Shown in pieces: positions 52,841-64,000 of a DNA stretch of 64,000 nucleotides (positions are counted from its first letter, which is position 1; each line of letters opens with the position of its first letter). The position numbers and the translations under genes were made by a program. The DNA lies in contig NC_043002.1 of the NCBI RefSeq assembly GCF_006345805.1, positions 105,958,001 through 106,022,000 of the forward strand, read 5' to 3'. A model generated the notes under the pieces. It worked only from the letters and a program-made list of their open reading frames with translations, was not told the origin of the DNA and did no database searches. This DNA comes from Octopus sinensis (lineage: Eukaryota).

Positions 52841-55800
52841 TTAACAATAGATATATATTAGAAGCAAATGTGTGTTTAAATTAATCACATACTGATGTTG
52901 CTATTTCTAACTGACCAACCTTATAGAAGCAACTTAATGGCTCACTTATGTTAGTTTTTTTGTTTTACATTATATGTATTATATATCATTTATTTATATT
53001 ATAAATTGATCTTTTTAATATTGCCACAACACCATAAATTTAAGGAGTGGGATAGATATAGTTAAATTTTTCACCAGTAAATGACTGGTGTCAAACCATG
53101 AAATATCAAATTTGGACTATAAAAAACATGGTTAGATAAACCATCTTCATTTATTTTATTCTCAGTTCTTATTCTGATAATTCCCATAACTTATGGAACC
53201 TCTATGTGGTCAATCTGTCTGCTAGAAAAAGCTGCTACATTCCCTTCAAACCATACAGATTGTCTTATAGAAATACATATTGGATAATGTTGTCCAGGGC
53301 ACATTGTTCTAGAATAGATGATAATCATAGCTGAAATAGCCCTTGAAGCTAAACACCAACAATTTCTCAATAACCCTCAAAATCCACCTCTAAAAAAATT
53401 TTAGAAGCCCCCAACCCCACAATATAAAGGGACATAACTTGCTAAACTTGCAAGTTTTCACAGATTTCATTTTTTATTCTCTCAAAACAGAGAAGAAATT
53501 TACTGATAGGAATTTTTCTTTAACAATTCAGAATAAAATTAAAGCAAAATAAACGAAATTTTCTTTTAGTTTAGTTTTGATTTTAAAATTACTTTTTGAA
53601 AAAATTTCCTAGAATTTAAGGGGTTTTTAATTTTAATTTTCCAAAGTGTCATTTCCTGCTGTCATTATGCAGAAAGAATACTGATTTTTAAAGCACAGGA
53701 AATTGCATAATAATAATAATATCACTTAATTTTTGTTCTTATTTTTATTCTGGGGCCTTTGAGAAAGATGTTATTGCACATGTCTTCTTTTGTATATTCT
53801 GAACATTGTTTTTTTTTTTTTTTTTTCATGAATGGCCTGGAGCAAAGCATGAACAGTGTAAATTTTTCCCTTCTCCACCTAGTCACTTATTCTTGATTCT
53901 TCCATGCTTTGGTGGTTGGAAATATTCTATATTGTCAGATTCCTTAATTATCTGACATCTCTGAGGTGGAATCCAGTAAAAGTTGACAGATCTTTTACAT
54001 CCTACATATTAGAATATTTTCTCTAGAGCATCAGTGTCTCCAACCAATGAGAGAAGTAGCAGCCAAATCTCTTTCATCTCACACTGTTCCATCTTAAAAA
54101 AAAGGAAGCATAAATCTGAAATGAGAGACTGGATAGAATACTTTTTACCATGAGTCAACCCAGCTGACCTGTGACTAACTAACACTAAAACTGCAGACCT
54201 TGCAAGCAACTGTGCAGCACACCCCTTTCCACTCTCAAAAATCATTGAATAATGTTCTTACTTTACCCATTATCAGTGTGAGGTATACTTTATATATTGC
54301 ACAACATGATAGAAATAGTAGCCAAACTGGTATCAAATTACTAGCTTCTTAACAAAGGAAGGCTATTTTGGATACACTGCTTGAAAATATAATAAAATGG
54401 TCACAGAAGGAATACTTTTACACATAAGTTTCTCAATGTAGGCTGCCCAAAGGGTAACTAAAATACAATTACAACTGTAACTATAAGATGGAATATATCA
54501 TTTTTCTTACATTAGGGGTCCTCAGACTAAGCACACATTGCAATCCACCCCAATGAAATTTTTGCCTCTACCCCTTGAAAAGACAGTTTTTATATCCATG
54601 TGACAAGGCTATTTTCTCTCAATTCCACCTGGTCTACTTGTGTACAGCCACTTTAATGGCCTCTTTCTTAACAACTATCATTACCTCCACCATATCAACA
54701 GCGCTATCTCCAACACACCAACACTCTGCACTGCTACAGTGCAAAACCACTATCACAACTACCACTACCTCTCATGCACTATCAACATAGCCACTAACAC
54801 CTCATCTCACAAGCACTGTCATCACCACAGGATGGTATGAAACCATTTTTATTCTATAATTCTCTAATCCTTTGTATAGGAGATGGTAGCAGTGTGGCTT
54901 ACTGTTTTCGTAGGGGATTAAACAGGGATTAAGGTCAACTGAGGAGGATATTAGTGGTAACAGTAATGATAATATTGGTGATAGTGGTGACGACAATGCT
55001 AGCAGTAATGGTTGTGATGGTAGTAGTGACAACCATCATCACTACTACAGTGGTGATTAGTAATGGTAGTGATGAAGCTGAAGTAGATGGTAATGATGGC
55101 AGTAGCTATATATGGGAACTATCAGCTTGGACACATGAACACAAACATTTACTGTTATATATGCAAGTGCATTTTTAATGTACAAAAAAGAGCTAAGGGA
55201 AATAGCTCGAGTGAATTTGATCCAGATTTGCAGTAACATTACTGAATGACATGCATGGAATTTGGAAACTTCAATGTTTCAATCAAACTACAAAGAATTC
55301 AAAAGCAAAATTGGAAAAAAAAATTAGAAGTTATGGTTTTAATACATACATACATACAACAGACAGAGGTAGGGCTGTGTGGTTAAGAGTACAAAAATTT
55401 CTTCTTGATCATGCTTGTTAAATAAGATGGGACACTAAAAGTGTCTTCAAAAGCAACCAACTGATGAGAACCTTTGCTATGTCATTGCCTATGATCCAAG
55501 AACTGTCCCTTCAACAGTTTCCTTTTACCAAATTTGACAGACATATTAGACACATACTTAGGCTATCACTCACACCTAAGCTCATAGACTCTCTAGCCAT
55601 GACTTTTTCTTATTTTCTGATATATCTTGGACCACATTTTGGAATGGTTGTGTGGTTAAGAAGTTTGTTTCATATTCATGTAGTTTCAGGTTTCAGTCCC
55701 ACTAAGCAGCACTTGTGGAGAAGTGTTTTGCATAGCCTTGGCTCAAATAAAGCCTTGCAAGTGGATTTGGTAGATGAAAGCTCAAAATGCCCATCACATG

Positions 55801-57289
55801 TGTGTATATGAAAAAGTGGTTGTTATATATTAGCTACAAATAGTTGGGTCTCCCATATAAGGGAGTTGAAAAACTTAAGTTAACTGAAATTACTTAAAAT
55901 CTTTCTTTAGGGACTGATTTAACTGAAGTTAGCTCCCCTACTTGTTCTTAAATTTTGAACACTCCTAGTTTTTGTTCAGTTGCATGGATGAGAATCTACT
56001 GTATGTGTTTTCTTTTTTTTTAGAAATAGAGATCTAAATATATATATCTGGATATGTTTATACAAGAAATTTTCAACACACACCCACACAAACATGTAGA
56101 ACCTTACACACCAGCTTACAACAACAAACTTAGACATGCACACATATGTAATGTATACTTTCTGCAGTTATCTAGTTTGTCCCCCAACCACACACACACA
56201 CATACTTTAGTTTACCAGTATTTCAAATGTGAAATTACCCCATCATAGTGGTTGTTAGCATGATTTGATTTACTGACCACACACTGACAATTTAAGACTA
56301 TAAAGATACACAATAACTTAATTGCTAGATTAAGAAAGAAAATGAAAATTGCTCGGGCAAGGCAGGTCCTTGCCATGAACCTTTTTATAGAGACTTCAAG
56401 ACATGTTGGGGTGAAGGGGGAAATTAGCGTCGGGGCCATAAAGGATGAAAACAGGTGATTTATATATATGTGTGCTGCCATGGCTGTTTGGTTAAGAAGT
56501 TCACTTCAGAACTATATGGTTTGGGAATTGAACCAACTGCATGGCACTCTTAGACAAGTGTCTTCCATTACATCCTTGAGTTGATCAATACCTTGTGAGT
56601 AAAATTTAGTAGATGAAAATTGTACTGAAGCCTGTTGTGTGTGAATGTATCTATTTGTAAATACATATGATGTGTGTGTTTGTATCCATGTTTACATTAT
56701 CCCTTAAACTAGTAGTTCAACAACTAGAAATTAAAAATATAAGTGCCAGACATTAGAAAATAAGCAGAGGCCATTATGATTGGCTAAACCTTTGAAGGCA
56801 GTGCCCCAGCATGACTACAGTCCAATGATTGAAACCAGTAAAACAAAGAATCTATTAAATACAGGACACCTAATGATTGCACAAAAGTTTTGAAACAAGT
56901 AGGTCAGGTCCAAACAGTTTCTCCTCAGGAACATTAGGCCCTGACCTCTCAGTTTTAAAACTTTTGTACAATTGTCAGACACCCTCCATTCAAATATATT
57001 GAGCCCCTCCTTGTGTAAATGGTCTTTTAAATGCTTGCATTAAGGTTACCTCATGTATGTGTATATGTTTGAGTATATAATAAAACAACTAGGATAAAGA
57101 AAACTCCCAAGCCAAATACTGATTTCTGGGTATCGTTTTAAAAGAAAAATCTAGAAGATTGAAATGTTTCTAGCCATATACTTACTTTTATCATTGGATA
57201 TTTAACTAAGAATACCTAGACAGTGACGTTCATGTGATACAAAAGTATGTCGCTTTCTGCCAGTTTACTCCCATTTTACTCTCACACAT

Positions 57290-57510
57290 GCACTTCACTC
57301 TCTTCACACCCTTCCTCTTCCTTTCATTCTATTTCTCTCCACTCATTCTGTTTCTTTTTCATTCTTCTCTCTCTCCTCAGTCTTCTTTCTCTCTCTCTCC
57401 CCTCATTCTCCTCTCTATCTCCCCTCATTCTCCTCTCTCTCCCCATTCTTCTCTCTCTCTCTCTCCTCATTCTTTTCTCTCTCTCTCCTCATTCTTCTCT
57501 TTTCCTTCAG
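57290..57510. repeat. CT-rich polypyrimidine low-complexity tract
   Basis: About 220 nt of almost pure C/T with recurring CTCATTCT. Confidence 0.9.
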
Positions 57511-60281
57511 CTTTTATCCACTGCGCGTGTGTTTGTGTAGTAAATTCTTACATACAAACATACATAGATGTCATATTGTCTGTATGGGCATCTCATAAAA
57601 TATGCATGCAAAGCTGTGTGATAACATCACCATAAACACAATATCAATATTATGTTATAAAATACACCCTCCAGAGATATCAGGAAAGTGTAATGAAATC
57701 TTGCAATATACTGATAACAATATGTTGATAACAAACCACCAAAGAAACGGGAGTTATCTGATGAAGCAGAATGGCTGTGTAGTTAGTCACTCCATAGCCA
57801 CATGGTTCCAGGATCAATCCAACCACATGGCTCCTTGATCAAGTTTTTTTTTTATTATAATGGAATTTGGCTGAGAGAACTGCAGAAGCCGTGTGTGTGG
57901 TAGGGTACCAAAGTAATCTCACAGAAACAAACTTTGATAATTAAATTCAAAAAGACTCCAAATTTAAATTAAAAATGGGATTATTTTGTAGGTATGTAGA
58001 TTCCAACAGTTTTTTAAAATACAGTAACACCAGCATAACCACTATCATAACGTTCACTCCATGTGGAGATGGAGAAGTGTATGTTACACACAGATTTCTG
58101 ATAGAAGCCTAGATCCCTGTTCAATGAAAATATATATAGAGTATATTTATTTTCATGTCTCGATTTCCAAGTACCATTCTGTTAACACTATTTTTATCTA
58201 TTGTATATTGTTCTGAAATTTGAATTCTCTCTTTTTCCTTGAGCCCTTTGTTAAACTCTTGCTCAAAGAAATATTTTCGTTATATCTTCAAAATATTTGT
58301 TATCACAGATGTATATATGTATGCGTACCTTTTGTGATGTATATTGGTGAAGAAAACTGAGATGAAAACAGTGCTTTTAAAATCAAGTCCTTGTTACATG
58401 TTCTGCATTAACTTACTGGTACTCCCTTGTTACTGACATCATCATATATGCAATGAACTTGTGATTAGCACCTTGGAAACCTACAACCAATGATGGTTTT
58501 ATTCACAGTATGAATGATAAAAATAAATAATGCAGACCCATTTTGAAGTGGAGCCAGATGTACCAGATTTACTTTGTTCTTTATTCTTTACCCTTCATTA
58601 GAAAGTGTGTTTCATTGTTGAGGGGAGGGGGAATGTAAGGGAGTAGTCTGCCCCTGAGGATTTTTATTTATTTAGCTGTGCAAAGTATGAGTAATACACT
58701 CTGAAAAGCAATAACTACTGAACTGGATAATGTCATTTATGTTTAGCCCCAGGTTAACTCTGAATGGGCTGACCTATGATCAAAGTCATTCTGCCCAAGA
58801 TCATTCGGTCTTACATCATCCAATGTGTCCCCTTCTAATGTGATGGATTGTGGTTTAAGGGGGATTTGGCTGTTATTTCTAACAAGTTGACCAATGCTGT
58901 CCAATGTTCATTGAGGAGTGTTTTAACTAATGAACTTGTCATCTCTGGTGTTACTGACTATACTCTTTAATTAACAATTCTTAAAAATTTGTTTTAACGT
59001 GTTTAATGAAGTCAGAATAAAAAGAGTTTAATTTGAAAATATTACATAAGAAATTTCTAATATTGTTTAGCTCAGCAAACATTGGAATACAACTGCAGAC
59101 ATGTTTTGGTCTTAGTAGATTTTATCTGTGAATCATGAACGTCACAGTACTTCCTGAAACAGTGATGGTTAAATCAGTTAGTAGACATATAATACTATAC
59201 AGGAGTGAAAATGAACAATTTGAATATTTAAAAATGATAAATCATTGTTAATTGTTCTTTTTTAGCCCTAGGTTAGTCTTAATCCATCAAACCTATCATC
59301 AAAAGTATTCCAGCTGTGTGCATTTTATATTCTATTCAAACATAGTATACACTATACAATGTAACTTTTGATATTTATTTAACCCCCAGATTAATCCTAA
59401 TCAAGCAGAGCAATGATCAAAAGCATTCTAAGTGTGGCCATTATATCTTGTGTTGTGGGAACTCAGGGTCACATTAGCCAATGTATTTTTTTTAATGTTT
59501 AATGTTGAAGGATGATCTGAGGGAGACTTGGATGTTATTTGTAACAGATTGAGACAATGTAAAGGTTTCCTTATTGCCAACATTGAACTAGATAATAACA
59601 AAGATGCCTTGAGCTTAATTGTCCCCAAGTTTTCTAAGTATAACACCTGCTGTTGCTGACATCTGGGACAATGTCTTCCGTCAAGTTTTGTTAAAGCAAA
59701 ATTTTTTTACCATACTTCTGTCATTTCATCACTCCAAGACAACCTATTATCTCTAAAATATTGTGCTACCACTTTCTTCTTCATTCTCTTTTCTCCTTCA
59801 CCTCCTCTATATCATGCAAGGATATGTGCAGCCCTGAAAATGGAAAAGTTCTCTGACCTTGCTTAATGCACCCACTTCAAACCTCTTGAGACAAAGAGAA
59901 ATCTTCACTGATGAATGAAAGTGGTCTCCACATAAATCCAGCTTATGTAGTTGCCTGCCTACTTCACTCCTATAAACCCTACATTTAACAATACCTAATC
60001 CTTACATCTCATGTATGTACTCTCCTTGACTCCATCTTTACTAACAATCAGATTTATGATTACTATATTTCCTGTTTTCTTAGAGTAGTACAAAAACAAA
60101 AATTGTTTTTGTTTATGTAAAAAGCTCATTGAACTAATCTCAGTGTACAACTTCAGTCAACTGAAAATTTAGATACAGAAAAATGTAACCAACTACTTCT
60201 AGAAATTGTAATGATTGTGTCGTTCCTATAATCATAATTTGCTTGTTGATATTGTTACAGCATAAACACCAATTGTAACTT

Positions 60282-60400
60282 GCATCCTTACACTGTATCC
60301 TAACACACATCCTTACACTTTATCCTAATACGCATCCTTACACTGTATCCTCTCCCATATTTTTATATTGTATTAGACTTCACATCTTTACATTGTATCA
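60282..60400. repeat. Degenerate minisatellite, unit about 23 bp
   Basis: CATCCTTACACTGTATCCTAACA-like unit, three good copies and two decayed ones. Confidence 0.85.
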
Positions 60401-60528
60401 TGAGTGAGCGCTATCATAAATTTTATCTTAATACTGATATATCACCATGACTTAGCAAAACTTGTGTCTGCTATATGTTGTAATTAAGACCTGTTATAAT
60501 TCTCTTGTTCATATTATGGCATTGTAAG

Positions 60529-60559
60529 ACTAAATTTTTTTTTTTTTTTTCAGGTGAGT
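60529..60559 (+). other. Candidate recursive splice site (3' splice site immediately followed by a 5' splice site) in the long msi intron
   Basis: Branch-like ACTAAAT at 60529-60535, 16 consecutive T (60535-60550), CAG (60551-60553), then GTGAGT (60554-60559), all on the msi sense strand. Confidence 0.6.
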
Positions 60560-61014
60560 GGCACACTAAAAACAAATTGGATTTTAACACCTACAACAAC
60601 AGTATGGTATTTCTCTCTCTCTCTTGCTAGTGACATTGCTGTTCCTCCTGCCTGTCTTGTGTATGTATTTCAAATCAAATTAATACTCACCCAACAGTAA
60701 AAGGATAGATACATTTACTTATTTGCGTATGAAAAACAGAGGGGGATAAGTTCATCATACAAGGTTAAACTTCTTTGAAGAAAGCAAGTACCTAATACAC
60801 TTGTAGAGCAACAATTATGTATCCAAGGATTTCTACACAGGCTGAAATTAGTAGTCCCTGTGAGCTACTGAATTTCTCAATACCCATAATAAAATATACA
60901 AATGTACGTAGTTGGAGATGCCTGACTATATGTATTGAGTCCCTGCCTCCTGTTAAAATTTCTTGTGGATGTTTTATCTTAGAACATTTCCTTATATATT
61001 GGTTCATAAGCATC

Positions 61015-61460
61015 ATAATCATTTAACATCTGTTTTCCTTGCTGGCATGGGTTGGATGCTTTGACAGGAGTTGGCCAACAGAAGAGCTGCCTGGGTTCCA
61101 TGTCAGTTTTGGCACAGTTTCTACAGTTACATGCCTTTCCTAAAGTTAATCACTTTACATAGTGTATTGGGTGCTTTTACACAGCACCAGCACATGTGCT
61201 TTTACATGGCACTGGCTTAGGTGTTTTTTACATGGCACCAGCACCCATGAGCCCACAACCATGATGTTACTTAGCTTCACATGTCTTCTCAAGCACAGCA
61301 AACTGCCAGAATTCTCAGTCCCTTGTCATCCTCTCTGTGAGATCAAACATTTGAAGATCCTTTCTAAGCAATTTATCTCACATCTTCTTGGGTCTACCCC
61401 TTCCACATATTACCTCCACAATTAGAGATTGACACTTCTTGATGCAGCTGACCTCATCCA
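61015..61460 (-). mobile_element. RTE-clade LINE 3' end (related to 46697-48150)
   Basis: Shared 3' end GCTGGCATGGGTTGGA; reverse translation DEVSCIKKCQSLIVEVICGRGRPKK. Confidence 0.78.
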
Positions 61461-62269
61461 GAAATTTCTGGAGAAGTTGCTATAAGCTTGTTATCTATCC
61501 AAGAGATTTGTATCTTCACATTCAACAAACATGTTGGCCACGGATACATGAACCGCTAATGTTGGAGCATTACAGACTGTAAGAGTGGCAGTGAGGATGT
61601 GTTAATGTGGTAAAGCAGTGAGGATGAGCTGTTATTGTGGGCTGTCAGGAAATGTAATTGCTAAGCAGAGATGAGGATGTTTTTCATTATTTTTCTGTTG
61701 GATATGATTTAACTCCCTTCCCAGTATGCTTCACAGGCAAGAACTGTCTACAAATTCAATCCAGAAATACATGACACCTGCTACTTGCTAGGAATACAAA
61801 CCAAATCTTCAAAAGTACATCGTTCCCTTTTAAATTAGGAAAGAAACAAAGGAGAACATTACCTGAGTAATGTTGAATAAAAGATGAGGCGGTTACAGTT
61901 GAAATAGCTTTTATGATATATAAGCTGATTCAAGGCTAACCTGAGGCCACACAGCAACAACTCTAAACACAGGCAAGACTCCTTACTTCTTTCTTCTATC
62001 TATGCTTTGACACAAAGCATACAGACTTATTTTTGCTGAGAGGGTAGTAACCTTTCTTCACCATATAATTGCTACTACTCTAGGCATCTTGGAATAGGAC
62101 ACAATTAATTGTCCATAAAGTTTGAATGGATTGGAAGAATATTACAGCTATTTATTCCTGCTGTCAGTTCATTCTCTTGTCAGCAGCCAATCTATTAGGA
62201 CAGACACCAATAATGATGATGTCTTGATAGTAATATTAATGCCTTTATTATAATAATAATCCTTTCTAC

Positions 62270-62517
62270 TAAAGGCACAAGGCCTGAAGTTTTGGGGGAA
62301 GGGAGTAGTTGATTACATCGACTCCAGAGTTTCATTGGTACTTATTTAATCAACTCTGAAAGTATGAACGGCAAAGTCGACCTCAGCGGAATTTGAACTT
62401 AGAATGTAAAGATGGACAAAATGCCACGGCAAAGTCGACCTCAGCGGAATTTGAACTTAGAATGTAAAGATGGACAAAATGCCACAAGGCATTTCATCTG
62501 GTGAGCTCACTGCCTTT
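62270..62517 (-). mobile_element. SINE family B with an internal tandem duplication of about 58 bp
   Basis: GGCAAAGTCGACCTCAGCGGAATTTGAACTTAGAATGTAAAGATGGACAAAATGCCAC occurs twice in tandem. Confidence 0.85.
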
Positions 62518-62537
62518 AAAAAGTGTGTGTGTCTGAG

Positions 62538-62649
62538 ATGCTTACAGCACCAAGGTTTCCTAAGCAGTCACCCATCTAAGAACTAACTAGACTCAACATT
62601 ATAACTTCAGTGAATCAATGAGAACTGGTGCATTCAATGTGATATGGCC
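62538..62649 (-). pseudogene. Decayed 5S rRNA copy (pseudogene or 5S-derived SINE head)
   Basis: Reverse complement GGCCATATCACATTGAATGCACCAGTTCTCATTGATTCACTGAAGTT...GTTAGTTCTTAGATGGGTGACTGCTTAGGAAACCTTGGTGCTGTAAGC is colinear with metazoan 5S rRNA. Many of the differences fall at CpG sites. Confidence 0.85.
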
Positions 62650-64000
62650 AAATTTGGATAAGTACCAAAGATTTGGGTAGAGGCAGGGCTGCAGTCAATT
62701 TAACCAATGCCAGTATGTGACCAATATTTATTTTATCACACACCACTCCCCCACTTTGGAAGGATGCATATCAAAAGTTGACTTGAGTTGGATTTGAACT
62801 CAGAATGTAAAAGACAATTTTTTTAAATGTCCATTGTTCTCCCATTTCTACTAATTGCTTCTAATAGGAGCACAAGGCCACAAATATGAGAATAGCATAT
62901 AGCCAATTGAATCCAAGCCCCATTAGGCATATCTTTTACCATAGCTACACATTGACCAATCCCTTGAGTGGAATTTGATAGATAGAAACTGTGCAGAAGC
63001 CTGTCATATGTGTCTATCATTATAGGTTCACACAGATGCAAATTGCAATGAAGTGAAGAAAGTACTCAATATCATTAGGTAGAGTGGAATAACATACACA
63101 TCTGTCTGTATGTGTGAATGTTTGCAACTTCTTTTCACATAGCATGATGGTAGTAAATGAGTGTCACTATCATACAAGGCCCTAGAAAGAGTCCTGAGCA
63201 TTGTCTTCTCCTAAGTGATTAAAAAAAAAGTCTCCCAAAAGGATTATAGCTCAAAATAATAATTATTTTATAGTATAGCTGGTTAGGTTAGATTTAATGC
63301 AAGCAGCCATGGCTGTGTGGTTAAGAAACTAACTTTGAATCTACAGAGTTTTGAGTTCAATCCCACTGCAGTACACGTTTGGCCCATATCTCTGGGTTGA
63401 CCAAAGCCTTATAAGTAAAAATTACATGGATAACAAATGTATGGAAACCTTTAACATTACCTTTCCTGTTTTGAGACCAGACTTGATCTACCACCTGGTT
63501 TAACACCACCACATGGCCCTTAGGAAACTTTAGCAGAGTCCACATTGTTACAAGTACTCAGACCTGGTGTGCAGTCTAAGAATCGTTTACTTTCATTCTC
63601 CTACCAGTCTCAGAGGTTTTGCAAAGGGTCATAGGCACTTCCCTACATCCCATATCTTAAGTCTGTTGTAAACATAAAGGCTCATTAGGCCAGAGCTGAT
63701 CTCAGTTTCCAAATCAACAGAGTACAATAGTCTCACTTATAATGGGACACCAGTCAGCCATGAGATTAACACTCAGCTGAATAGACTGAAGTGTTTTGCT
63801 CAAGACCACAATATATTGCCCAGTCTTTATGATGAGTCAAACACCCTAACAACAAGAGGCCTTTCCTCTGAGTAAGCCACAGGTGAAAAACTGATCCTAA
63901 AGCAAAATCGACTTCAGTGAGAATCAAACAAAAATTTCTTATAATAGTGGGAGTAAGTAATGTTTGTGGAAAGGTGGGAATGGAACTCTGTTGGTTTTGA

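Noticed and set aside
60282-60400. Regularly spaced repeats that might suggest a CRISPR-like array
   Set aside because: Head-to-tail minisatellite without unique spacers, in clearly eukaryotic DNA.

Overview
AT-rich animal genomic DNA, dense in microsatellites and tRNA-derived SINEs. The repeat landscape looks like an Octopus/coleoid cephalopod genome (inference). The only host coding sequence I can support is two + strand exons of a Musashi-family RNA-binding protein gene: 21621-21705 ([29 protein letters not shown]) and 29156-29197 (VDPKVAFPRKAQPK). I found neither the upstream exons nor the next exon (MVTRTKK-like), so most of the window is probably msi intron, with an intron of at least 34.8 kb after 29197. 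The rest is mobile DNA: Tc1/mariner elements with DD36E, DD34D and DD41D spacing, MITEs, RTE and Penelope-like fragments, several SINE families and a decayed 5S rRNA copy. The most interesting signals are: (1) a consensus recursive-splice-site signature (T16-CAG|GTGAGT) about 31 kb into the long msi intron; (2) an abrupt loss of CpG at about 41-42 kb; (3) fold-back structures on both sides of the RRM1 exon; (4) a 33-bp TIR element with an 8-bp target-site duplication. No prokaryotic system or CRISPR array is present. Almost all ORFs in the supplied track are microsatellite or repeat artefacts. Boundaries of degenerate repeats are approximate.
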